A stretch of 28,116 nt of DNA from Bacteriovoracaceae bacterium (GCA_041586955.1 JBFGZE010000039.1:1-28116), one strand, 5' to 3'. Positions 1 to 8,759 are shown, numbered from the stretch's first letter. Numbers and translations are program-made. The notes: a model not told the origin generated them from the sequence alone.

Positions 1-180
1 AGAAAAACGATCTTAGACCATTGCCATGAACCTGACCTCGCACCCAAAGGAGATTAATGAATTCTTCGGTCGGAACCTTGTCTTTTAGACAAAGTCCCAT
101 ACGATTTCATTTGATTCTAAATTATGATTCCTTCTGAGTCACCCTTTTGAAGTTTATCTTTGTAATCCACTTAAACTTAG

Positions 181-210
181 AAAAGATGACGACCACGATG
201 ATACGACACC
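181..210 (-). terminator. Possible weak intrinsic terminator downstream of the 229..669 gene
   Basis: Minus strand reads GGTGTCGTATCATCGTGGTCGTCATC followed by TTTT: imperfect G-U-rich hairpin plus short U-tract, about 18 nt after the stop codon. Confidence 0.25.
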
Positions 211-228
211 TCTGCTAAGGTTTAAATA

Positions 229-669
229 TTAAGATCTCATTTTTCGTTGGAACTCATATACAGCAGTCATGAAAACAGCAATATCTTGTAACTTAGTCCG
301 TTGATCATCTCTGATATCCTTTAATGATAATTGTTCTATTCTTTTTAGCCATGATGCTCTTTTTACCACCAATTGACCCTTAATCATGATGAATGAAATT
401 AACTTACCACATTCTTTGATCAATTCTGGGGTATGATCAGGCCTACTAAAGTTACCAGACCAGTATTTTTCCTTTAAAGTAATCGCCTCCCCTAAATATT
501 CAAATTTCACACCAAAAATATCTTCGACTTCAACCATATGCTGCAGCCAATTATCAAGAAACAAATCCGCGACTTCTTCATCTGTTCTCTCTAAATGTTC
601 ATCTAATAATATATCAATATTCTCATAAATTAATGAACTATAATCCCTATTATTAAGATCCATTCTCAT
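229..669 (-). CDS. Hypothetical protein, 146 aa, no family recognised
   Basis: Non-overlapping ORF with a purine-rich AAAGGGGGG element just upstream of the ATG; acidic helical N-half and basic C-half; no motif recognised. Confidence 0.7.
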   Translation of the reverse strand: MRMDLNNRDYSSLIYENIDILLDEHLERTDEEVADLFLDNWLQHMVEVEDIFGVKFEYLGEAITLKEKYWSGNFSRPDHTPELIKECGKLISFIMIKGQLVVKRASWLKRIEQLSLKDIRDDQRTKLQDIAVFMTAVYEFQRKMRS

Positions 670-675
670 AAACCC

Positions 676-756
676 CCCTTTCTAAATAAATCCAGCTCCA
701 AATAAACACCATTTATAAACAAAGCCCATTTCCAAACAAGGTTTATTTCTAAACAC
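676..756. repeat. Five degenerate direct repeats, consensus about CCATTTCYAAAYAA, period 16-17 bp
   Basis: Units CCCTTTCTAAATAA (676-689), CCAGCTCCAAATAA (692-705), CCATTTATAAACAA (709-722), CCATTTCCAAACAA (726-739), TTATTTCTAAACAC (743-756). Confidence 0.6.
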
Positions 757-947
757 GAGCTATTTAACCATTCTAGGAGGAGATACAGGAATTGATAGTG
801 GCCGTAAAATATTCCGATAATTCAAAAAATTGGCCTATTTATCCAAGAAACCTTGGAAAAACTAATATGGTTTTGATTGAAGGGCATACCTATTGCCCCT
901 AGTAGGGGTCAAGATGGCCTAATTAATAAAATAATCGGTCTTATTTT

Positions 948-1592
948 TTATGAGTCATTATTATCGATTTTGAATTTTTCTGGAATTTGTTCACCTGAAT
1001 CAAGAGTCACCGCTAAATCGCGCAGGAGCCCATCTTTTAAACTATAGACCCAACCGTGAAGGTTAAGTTCCTGACCTCTTTTCCAAGCATCCTGAACAAT
1101 GGTGGTATAACCCAAATTATCGACTTGTTTCATAATATTTAATTCTGTTAGACGATTCAATTGCTCTTCAGAGCCTGCGGGAAACTTATCCAGTTCCTCT
1201 GCGTGGCGTGAGAAAGTAACTTTAATATAACGTAACCAATTGTCAATGAGGCCAAAGGATTCATTAGACATGGCGGCCTTGACTCCACCGCAACCATAAT
1301 GGCCACAAATAATAATATCCGTCACCTTTAAAACTTCGACAGCATATTGGACAACTGAGAGACAATTAAAATCTGTGTGGATCACAAGATTGGCGACATT
1401 ACGATGGACAAACATTTCACCGGGTTCAAGCCCACATATCTCGGTTGCGGGAACCCGGCTATCTGAGCACCCAATCCAAAGATATTTAGGGCTTTGCTGC
1501 TTTGAGAGGCGGTCAAAAAATTCATGATCGCTATCAACAATTTTCTTGGCCCATTTTTTGTTTGATTCAAATAATTGAGGTAAACTTTTCAA
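948..1592 (-). CDS. can: Beta-class carbonic anhydrase
   Basis: Zinc-binding motifs GCSDSRVP and CGHYGCGG, plus FVHRNVAN and QYAV; TTG start preceded by SD AGAGGAG. Confidence 0.96.
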   Translation of the reverse strand: MKSLPQLFESNKKWAKKIVDSDHEFFDRLSKQQSPKYLWIGCSDSRVPATEICGLEPGEMFVHRNVANLVIHTDFNCLSVVQYAVEVLKVTDIIICGHYGCGGVKAAMSNESFGLIDNWLRYIKVTFSRHAEELDKFPAGSEEQLNRLTELNIMKQVDNLGYTTIVQDAWKRGQELNLHGWVYSLKDGLLRDLAVTLDSGEQIPEKFKIDNNDS

Positions 1593-1666
1593 TGACTCTC
1601 CTCTAAGATCAGAAATATTTCAATCTCTAAATTGGATCATAATATTAATAATTTGGCACTAAAAAA

Positions 1667-2920
1667 TTACTTTTTAGGACTCTTTTTTTTATACCGAGAT
1701 CGATCATTAGTGCGATTACTATTGCGGTTACCACTCCTATTAGGAATTTTTTCTCCTTGAGGATTTTTTGAAAAATGGGCGGGAACACCGTGATACGGGT
1801 GTGTCTTATCCACAATTAATTCACAATTAATCACTTTCTCAATTCCTTTTAAAAGCTTTAATTCACTTTCATCGCAAAACGAAATAGCAACTCCCTCACG
1901 ACCGGCCCTGGCAGTCCGACCGATACGGTGGACATAACTTTCAGGTTCACTCGGAAGATTATAATTAATAACATGGCTGACGTGCGGTACATCGATACCA
2001 CGGGCCGCAATATCCGTCGCGACGAGAACTCTAATTTTCCCAGAGCGAAAATGACCAAGAGCACGCTCTCTCGCCCCTTGAGACTTATTGCCATGAATGG
2101 CAGCAGCAGGAATAGAAACTTGATCCAAATGTCTCACGACTCGATCTGCCCCATGCTTAGTACGTGTAAAAACAAGAATACTTTTAATGGCCTTATCTTT
2201 AAGAATACTTTTTAAGAGTAAAGGCTTATTAGAGCGCTCCACCATATTCACTTTTTGGTCAATCTTCTCAACAGTAGTTGCCTGGGGAGTGACTTCAACT
2301 CGCACCGGCCTATTTAAAAGTGAACCCGCAAGACTCTCAATCGCCTTAGGCATAGTGGCGGAAAATAAAAGAGTTTGCCTTTGTGCGGGTAATTGGGCGA
2401 TGACCTTCTCGATATCTTTGATGAACCCCATATCGAGCATTCGGTCAGCTTCATCCAAAATAAGGACTTCTAATTGTTCAAATAAGACGTGTCCATCATT
2501 CATTAAGTCTAATAAACGACCAGGAGTCGCCACGAGAATATCAACACCTTTGGCCATCGCTGTAATCTGATTACGATAACCAACACCACCAAATACCACA
2601 GCACAAAAAAGGTTTAGGCCTTTACTATAATTTTTAATATTGGCCTCAATTTGAGAAGCGAGTTCCCGTGTCGGCGTTAAAATAAGTGACCGAACTCTTG
2701 CTGGCCTTGTTTTAATTTTATTTTTGGCCAAACGATTAAGCAGTGGTAATGAGAAGGCGGCAGTTTTACCGGTTCCTGTCTGGGCGATACCGAGTATATC
2801 TTTTCCCTCTAATAAATGAGGTATGGCCTGTGATTGAATGGGTGTGGGAGTGTTGTAGCCTTTTTTTTCGAGAGCATTAATAATAGAAGGTAACAAATTC
2901 AGCGATTTGAAATCTGACAT
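1667..2920 (-). CDS. rhlE: ATP-dependent DEAD-box RNA helicase, RhlE-like
   Basis: Q motif PTPIQ, AQTGTGKT, PTRELA, TPGRLLD, DEADRMLDMGF, SAT, ARGID, HRIGRTARAG; basic C-terminal tail. Confidence 0.93.
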   Translation of the reverse strand: MSDFKSLNLLPSIINALEKKGYNTPTPIQSQAIPHLLEGKDILGIAQTGTGKTAAFSLPLLNRLAKNKIKTRPARVRSLILTPTRELASQIEANIKNYSKGLNLFCAVVFGGVGYRNQITAMAKGVDILVATPGRLLDLMNDGHVLFEQLEVLILDEADRMLDMGFIKDIEKVIAQLPAQRQTLLFSATMPKAIESLAGSLLNRPVRVEVTPQATTVEKIDQKVNMVERSNKPLLLKSILKDKAIKSILVFTRTKHGADRVVRHLDQVSIPAAAIHGNKSQGARERALGHFRSGKIRVLVATDIAARGIDVPHVSHVINYNLPSEPESYVHRIGRTARAGREGVAISFCDESELKLLKGIEKVINCELIVDKTHPYHGVPAHFSKNPQGEKIPNRSGNRNSNRTNDRSRYKKKSPKK

Positions 2921-3047
2921 GGTTTATATTCCATTTGTATCATTACTGCTTAATCTTAGCACCAGCAGCAAGAGATCAATATAAAGCGTGCTCAGATAAA
3001 CATCTTGTCTCTTAATACGGGATTAAAGTCAATGATAACGGAGCTAT

Positions 3048-3497
3048 TTACTTCATCATCTTAGTGATAATGCGATTAAAGGAGTTCGCGAAACGTTCTT
3101 TATCCTTGGGCCCAAGAGGTGGCGGGCCGCCAGTGTCCACTCCACTGTCCCGTAATCCTTGCATAAAATCACGCATCGAAAGCCGTTCCCGTACATTTTC
3201 CTCGGTGTAAAGCTCCCCTCTAGGATTAATGGCGATGGCGCCTTTTTCCACAATAAGGGCGGCCAATGGAATATCGGCCGTAATGACAAGATCCTGTTTT
3301 TCCAAGTTTTCTACTATATAGAAGTCTGCAACATCAGCTCCTTTATCCACTTGAATGGATGTGATTAGGGATTCAAGTGGTACGGCCATGTAACTATTGG
3401 CGACGAGACAAACTGGGACTTTTAAGCGAAATGAGGCCTTAAAAATGATCTCTTTGACAATCTTGGGACAGGCATCGGCATCTATCCATATCTTCAT
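3048..3497 (-). CDS. yaiI: YaiI/YqxD family protein (DUF188, PIN-like fold)
   Basis: MKIWIDADACP N-terminus, ADFYI, VITADIPLAA, NPRGELYT, GGP motifs; start placed at MKIW (ORF track extends to 3515). Confidence 0.92.
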   Translation of the reverse strand: MKIWIDADACPKIVKEIIFKASFRLKVPVCLVANSYMAVPLESLITSIQVDKGADVADFYIVENLEKQDLVITADIPLAALIVEKGAIAINPRGELYTEENVRERLSMRDFMQGLRDSGVDTGGPPPLGPKDKERFANSFNRIITKMMK

Positions 3498-3716
3498 TTG
3501 CGAGCTTTCTCTCATTCTTCTATCCTATTAGCTAAGCGGCCATCATATCCTGCGCCCCAATAGTTGTAAAACTTGAAATTACAACTACTTAGTGAATAGT
3601 TAGGCCAGCTCAAGTTGCTCATTACCCTATCCTTTCAACCCGTTTTCCAGATAACGGTAGAAATTTTTCACTTATGGTGTTAGCTTCGGCGCAGTGAGAG
3701 ATTATTCTCAAAATAA

Positions 3717-4214
3717 ATGAAGAAGACGATTATGGAAAATAAAAGATTTAAAAGGGCCAGTACCCCAAGGCCCCAATCACTTGGTAAACCAAAGTCTTTT
3801 ACCAAACCAAAAGGCCCTAGAAAACCTCATGATCGGGGGAAAACAGTTTATATTGGTAACCTTCGTTACAAGAGAGATGAAAAGGGTATCATTTATCTTT
3901 TTGCTAAATACGGGCATGTTAAATCCGTTGAAATTGTAACTGAACCGGGAACAGATAAAAGTAAGGGCTATGCCTTTGTAAAAATGTCCAATTCAGATGA
4001 CGCCATAAAAGCAATCGCAGCGCTCAATAATCAAGTTGTTGATGGCCGTACATTAAAAGTAAGTGAGGCCCTTGAGCGGGATAAAGACAAAAGGCCTTAT
4101 TCCTATAAAGCTCCATCTTTTAATGACGGCAACGAGAAAAAAGTAGAAAAGAAAAAGAAACCTAGTAAAAGGAAAAAGGGCCTTAACGTCCTTTTTGATT
4201 ATCTCAAGGCCTAA
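3717..4214 (+). CDS. Single-RRM RNA-binding protein with Lys/Arg-rich N- and C-terminal extensions
   Basis: RNP2 VYIGNL and RNP1 KGYAFVKM, GRTLKVSEA; basic low-complexity flanks. Confidence 0.9.
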   Translation: MKKTIMENKRFKRASTPRPQSLGKPKSFTKPKGPRKPHDRGKTVYIGNLRYKRDEKGIIYLFAKYGHVKSVEIVTEPGTDKSKGYAFVKMSNSDDAIKAIAALNNQVVDGRTLKVSEALERDKDKRPYSYKAPSFNDGNEKKVEKKKKPSKRKKGLNVLFDYLKA

Positions 4215-4235
4215 TCCAATCTAGAAAAAGATTTT

Positions 4236-4272
4236 AAAAAAAAGGGAGCTATTAAGCTCCCTATTTTTTTTT
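4236..4272. terminator. Bidirectional intrinsic terminator between the convergent RRM genes
   Basis: A-tract, AGGGAGCT-ATTA-AGCTCCCT perfect 8-bp stem, then T-tract, so there is a U-tract on both strands. Confidence 0.9.
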
Positions 4273-4288
4273 CTTTTTTGTAAGAGAT

Positions 4289-4582
4289 TTAGTAGCGACT
4301 ACGTCCACCACCGAAACCACCACCATTACGAGGCTCCATTGGCTTGGCTTCATTAACTCTCATTGGACGACCTTCGCATTCTTGACCATCAAATTTCTCG
4401 ATAGCTTCTTGAGCTTCTTCATCGTTAGACATTTCAACAAAGCCAAAACCTTTGCTTCGTCCAGTATCACGGTCCGTAATAACTTTAGCAGAATCAACAG
4501 TTCCACATTGTGAAAATGTGTTTTTTAACGTTTCTTCAGTTGCTGAAAATGCAAGATTTCCTACATATAATTTTCTACCCAT
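4289..4582 (-). CDS. Single-RRM RNA-binding protein with Gly-rich tail (RbpA/CIRBP-like), 97 aa
   Basis: RNP2 LYVGNL, RNP1 KGFGFVEM, GRPMRVNEAKP, C-terminal GGGFGGGRSRY; start at MGRKL with SD AGGAG (ORF track start 4615 is upstream of the SD). Confidence 0.94.
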   Translation of the reverse strand: MGRKLYVGNLAFSATEETLKNTFSQCGTVDSAKVITDRDTGRSKGFGFVEMSNDEEAQEAIEKFDGQECEGRPMRVNEAKPMEPRNGGGFGGGRSRY

Positions 4583-4798
4583 TCTAATTCTCCTGTCTAG
4601 TAAATGGTCTGGCACCTGGCCCTGGAGAAGTTCGACACAAAAGCGGGGAAAATCTCGGTTCAGTTCCTTAATGATATATGCCCTTAATTAACATACGATT
4701 TTGGCCATTGCAATTGAAATCAAAACTAAATAAACTTTATTACACACTCGTTCAAATCTACTTATTTTAAGAAGAGAGACAGCATCATTAGATCGTTC

Positions 4799-5707
4799 TT
4801 AGAGTGGAAACTTATGCTGCTCCGTCGCCCTCAAAATATCGCTCGCCCGCCAGTTGGGAAGATCGTAGGTTAATTCAGCGAGAAGGCCATCAAATTGATC
4901 GATTGCTTGATTGAAAAGCTCAGTATCGGTGACAAAATCTGCCGTCCCGCGCCATTCAGGGGATTGTGCCAAGCGACCTCTGAGGGCGGCCGTTAAAATA
5001 TCAATCCAAGTGGGAGCGCCAAAGGTAAAATTGAGAGAGAGAGCGTCCGTCTGCGCCAGAGTTTTATGCCAGGACCCACGGGGAACAAATAGCATTGTGC
5101 CAGGCCTTAGAACGTATGAGGAAGCATTTTCGGGCATCTCATCGGGCATCCCATGATGACTATAACTTTCAAGCTCGGGGCAAATCGGCCGTCCTATTGT
5201 ATGCCTAGTCATGGGATTTACCACATGCTCATTGGGTGCGACCCACCACGTTTTAGTGCCATGGATCTGAAGGACAAAATTAATATTTTGATCAAAATGA
5301 GCAGCGTTTCCCTTATTAGAGGGAGTGGCATAAATTAAATTTCGGGCATATGTCATGGTGGAAAGACCGAGCTGAAGTTTAAGCGCCTCTAACCATTCAC
5401 TTAAAATAGGAGAAATACGATTGACGTCATTAAAAAGCAGCCCCATGCCATTGGCAAAAAGTTTTCTTGCGTCCTCAGTGTTCGTCTCAATGGAACTGGC
5501 CTCGTCTGAGACATCTGGCAAATGGACGTCGACCGTATGCGGCCATAAATTAAGCAGAGCTTCCAAAGATTCCAAAAAAGGAAGATTCAGAATCTCACCT
5601 ATACTCTCCCCTAAATCGTGCACAATAACAGACCTATTAGACAGGTATGATTTAAGAAAATCGGTTTTTGATAGGGGTAAAATGAGTGATTCTAATGGTT
5701 TTTGCAT
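4799..5707 (-). CDS. JmjC/cupin-4 family Fe(II)/2-oxoglutarate oxygenase
   Basis: Facial triad H-x-D (AHFD) ... H (GSWHKT); NFVLQIHGTKTW and LRPGTMLFVPRG match the YcfD/RoxA-type JmjC pattern; substrate unknown. Confidence 0.85.
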   Translation of the reverse strand: MQKPLESLILPLSKTDFLKSYLSNRSVIVHDLGESIGEILNLPFLESLEALLNLWPHTVDVHLPDVSDEASSIETNTEDARKLFANGMGLLFNDVNRISPILSEWLEALKLQLGLSTMTYARNLIYATPSNKGNAAHFDQNINFVLQIHGTKTWWVAPNEHVVNPMTRHTIGRPICPELESYSHHGMPDEMPENASSYVLRPGTMLFVPRGSWHKTLAQTDALSLNFTFGAPTWIDILTAALRGRLAQSPEWRGTADFVTDTELFNQAIDQFDGLLAELTYDLPNWRASDILRATEQHKFPL

Positions 5708-5863
5708 ATAAGGCTTATAGCATAGATCCAGACGTGCTTATATGAAGTGTAATATTTTTAAGGGGGTTCCATCGTCCTATTATATGGATCACTGAGTATT
5801 ATCAGGTTAACAAACCGTAAAAAAATATCTAGAATGCCCCAACTTTATGCCGTGGAGCGCATT

Positions 5864-6328
5864 ATGAAATGGGCGTTGATTTTTATTTCTTTAATTTTTA
5901 TTAGTTGTGGAGGCAAAGGAAGTATGCCGATCACTGACTGCCTGGAAAAAGATTGTCGTATTTCAAGACAAAGGCAACAAACGGCGGGGCCAAATAGAAC
6001 CCCGGTCCTTTTTAGCACGATTCAAAATAAAATCTTCACCCCAAAATGTACCATGTGTCATGGCAAAGATTTTGGTGCGGCAAATCTCAAACTCGATAAA
6101 GACAATGCCTATAATATGCTGGTTAATGTAGCGAGTGTCGAAGATAGCGGAAGGATGAGAGTACTACCCTTAAGACCTGGGCCAACAAGTAGTTATATCA
6201 TTGCCAAAATCATTGAAGACAAATCCACTCGATTCGCCGCCCGTATGCCCCAAGGCGGCCCCTATTTAAGTGACTCAGAAATCCAAATGATTAAAGATTG
6301 GATCGATCAAGGTGCCCAAAATAATTAG
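5864..6328 (+). CDS. Monoheme c-type cytochrome lipoprotein (planctomycete cytochrome C-like)
   Basis: SD GGAG before ATG 5864; signal peptide with lipobox-like FISC; heme motif CTMCH; distal RMPQGG Met ligand; C-terminal EIQMIKDWIDQGA. Confidence 0.85.
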   Translation: MKWALIFISLIFISCGGKGSMPITDCLEKDCRISRQRQQTAGPNRTPVLFSTIQNKIFTPKCTMCHGKDFGAANLKLDKDNAYNMLVNVASVEDSGRMRVLPLRPGPTSSYIIAKIIEDKSTRFAARMPQGGPYLSDSEIQMIKDWIDQGAQNN

Positions 6329-6337
6329 GATTCAATA

Positions 6338-7522
6338 ATGAAGTTTTTGCTCGTTCTTTTTATTACCTTTTCTCATGATCTTATGGCGCGACCTGAATAT
6401 GCCAATCGAGAAAAACAACGTTGTATTTCCTGTCATGTCTCGCCCTATGGCTCCGGTGCTCGTCGGTCCTATGGCAAAGTCTATGCCAATGAAGAATACG
6501 AAGGGTCGCAAACCTCAGATAACGAATTGTATTTCGCCGATTTTAGAACAGTCTATTTAAAGAAAACGAATATCTCCAATAGCGATAAAATGGATGGGTT
6601 TACAGTGATGATGGCCGCCTTAACCGCCAATATTCCCATTGTTAAGCAAGAGAAGGGTTTTGATACCCGAATTGTTTTGACCCACGATTTGGGAACCTTG
6701 GCACCAGGCACCCGAGAAGCTTATGCCCTTTTTGAAAACACCAATAACGAATCCCTTCTCAGTTCTATTAAAATTGGTAAATTCATCTCCCCTTTTGGAC
6801 TCTTAACAGACGACCACCGCACTTATACAAAAATGCTGACGATGAGTTCGATGCGGGAGTTTGAAGCGGGAGCAGTTTTTTCAGGAGAAGTCACCGACTC
6901 TCTTCATTATGACGTGGCGATAACTAACGGTTTCCAAAATAAAGGAAATTTTTCAAGTAATGATAGCACTTACGCTGTCGTATCAAATGTTCAATATATG
7001 CCTGAGACATGGCCTATCTTTTTGGGTAGTAGTTATTCCCGTCATATGGCAAAGAAGGATAGACCTCTACCTTGGGCCTATTCTCTCTACTTTGTCATTG
7101 ATGGCCATACTTTAACGAAAGAATGGCTCGATATGGACTTTTCCTTTGAATATACCCAGGCCCGCTACCTTAATAGCTCAGGCCATAATACTTATATCTC
7201 TAGATTTGTAGATAGTTCTAAATTGCCTAATTACGCCAGCGCCATTGAATCATCCATCTCAAACGCCATTATGGCCAAGGCCTTATGGAGTCTTACCACC
7301 AATACAGAATTGGCCTATAAATACAATATGGCCTTACCTGACAATGACTTTCGTGATGATCAATTTAGCCGGCATGCTTTATGGTTACGCTATAGGCTTA
7401 ACTCAAATACTTATCTGACTTTAAGAGGTGATTTAACGAAGGTTAAGCGGCAAGGAATAAAAGAACTAGGTTCGTGGTCAGTTGATAATGACGTTTTGTT
7501 ACTTCTTCATGTCTGGCTTTAA
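6338..7522 (+). CDS. Outer-membrane monoheme cytochrome c-porin fusion (Cyc2-like architecture)
   Basis: Short signal peptide, then ARPEYANREKQRCISCH; remainder rich in alternating aromatic beta-strands with porin-like IKIGKFISPFG and YDVAITNG segments; ends LLLLHVWL; 9 nt after the lipoprotein stop, SD AGGA. Confidence 0.75.
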   Translation: MKFLLVLFITFSHDLMARPEYANREKQRCISCHVSPYGSGARRSYGKVYANEEYEGSQTSDNELYFADFRTVYLKKTNISNSDKMDGFTVMMAALTANIPIVKQEKGFDTRIVLTHDLGTLAPGTREAYALFENTNNESLLSSIKIGKFISPFGLLTDDHRTYTKMLTMSSMREFEAGAVFSGEVTDSLHYDVAITNGFQNKGNFSSNDSTYAVVSNVQYMPETWPIFLGSSYSRHMAKKDRPLPWAYSLYFVIDGHTLTKEWLDMDFSFEYTQARYLNSSGHNTYISRFVDSSKLPNYASAIESSISNAIMAKALWSLTTNTELAYKYNMALPDNDFRDDQFSRHALWLRYRLNSNTYLTLRGDLTKVKRQGIKELGSWSVDNDVLLLLHVWL

Positions 7523-7613
7523 TCCGATAAAGTCAAAACGAATCGTCTATTGATTATTCCGTTATCAGAAATGCTATTGTATGATAGGCCTTTACTTATA
7601 TAAAAGGGATCCT

Positions 7614-8150
7614 ATGGCGCTCGGTGCTGCAATTTATAAAGTTAATCTAAATTTATCGAACCTTAATACCCATTATTATAAGGACTTTAATTTAACACTC
7701 GCCAAACACCCTTCTGAAAATGAATCGCGTCTGATGTTTAGACTTTTGGCATTTCTTTACTGTTATCATGAAGATTTACAATTTTCTAAAGGCCTTAGTA
7801 GTACAGATGAACCAGAATTATGGCAGAGAGATCATAGTGGGGATATCATCCAATGGATCGAGTTAGGCCTCCCCGACCTTAAAAGAATTCGCCAGGCCAG
7901 TGGAAAATCACAAAGCGTTAAAGTTTTTACCTATCATCAGAATAAAGCTGACGAATGGTATGAAAAAATCAAAAGCAACCTCGCCCAAAATAATAAAGTG
8001 AAGGTCTACCATTTTAATAATATCGAAAATGGCCCACTCGAAAAAATTGTCACTAAGAATATGAAACTAAGCTGTATGATCGAAGAGTATCAAATGCACC
8101 TTAGTGATGACGAGCAAAGAATAACAGTCGATGTGAATGAAGCGAAATAA
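7614..8150 (+). CDS. yaeQ: YaeQ family protein
   Basis: MALGAAIYK start, LAKHPSENESRLMFRLLAF, FSKGLSSTDEPELW, WIELGLPD motifs; AAGGGA upstream of ATG 7614. Confidence 0.93.
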   Translation: MALGAAIYKVNLNLSNLNTHYYKDFNLTLAKHPSENESRLMFRLLAFLYCYHEDLQFSKGLSSTDEPELWQRDHSGDIIQWIELGLPDLKRIRQASGKSQSVKVFTYHQNKADEWYEKIKSNLAQNNKVKVYHFNNIENGPLEKIVTKNMKLSCMIEEYQMHLSDDEQRITVDVNEAK

Positions 8151-8156
8151 GAAGTG

Positions 8157-8759
8157 ATGAAACAGTCTTATAATATATTAGATTTTGAGACCACAGGTTT
8201 TTCGGCCGATTACGACCGCGTAATAGAAGTCGGTATTGTTAAGGTTAAAGATAATAAGATTGTCGATCAATTTGAATCCTTGGTTAATCCTGGGATTCGC
8301 GTATCAAGCACAATTACTAATTTAACGGGAATCACAAATGATATGGTGAAAAGTGCCAAGAGTAGCGCTATCATTATGCCTCGATTAAAGAAATTTGTTG
8401 GTAATGAATTGATCGTCGCTCATAACGCCTCCTTTGACGCTCGTTTTTACCAGGCGGAGATGCGCCGATTTGGTCTCAACTCTTCCAATGATTTTCTCTG
8501 TTCGCTATTACTTGCGAGAAGAATGTATCAAGATCTTAATTCCCATAAATTAGGTCATCTATGCCATCATTTGGGATTCATTAACAAGGCCTCTCACCGC
8601 GCCTTAGGCGATGCTCGGGTAACTTTTAAGGTGTTTCATCAAATTTGTGAAAAAGTGAAGCAGAGAAGTGGAATGGAAGAGATTGACCTTCAATATTTGG
8701 CGGCCTTATCAAAAGTCCCTAAGAAGAAGGTTCCAGATTGGCTGCAACGGCCCCATTAG
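8157..8759 (+). CDS. DEDDh 3'-5' exonuclease (DNA polymerase III epsilon/PolC exonuclease-like)
   Basis: ExoI LDFETTG, ExoII VAHNASFD, ExoIII HRALGDA; starts 6 nt after the yaeQ stop (GTG 8154 is an alternative start). Confidence 0.9.
   Translation: MKQSYNILDFETTGFSADYDRVIEVGIVKVKDNKIVDQFESLVNPGIRVSSTITNLTGITNDMVKSAKSSAIIMPRLKKFVGNELIVAHNASFDARFYQAEMRRFGLNSSNDFLCSLLLARRMYQDLNSHKLGHLCHHLGFINKASHRALGDARVTFKVFHQICEKVKQRSGMEEIDLQYLAALSKVPKKKVPDWLQRPH

Noticed and set aside
1..100. Minus-strand frame from ATG 100 open to the window edge (MGLCLKDKVPTEEFINLLWVRG...)
   Set aside because: Only 33 codons visible, no clear SD or motif; cannot be supported without flanking sequence.
676..756. CRISPR or iteron interpretation of the repeat array
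   Set aside because: Units are 14 bp, degenerate, with 2-3 nt spacers; no cas or rep gene in the window.
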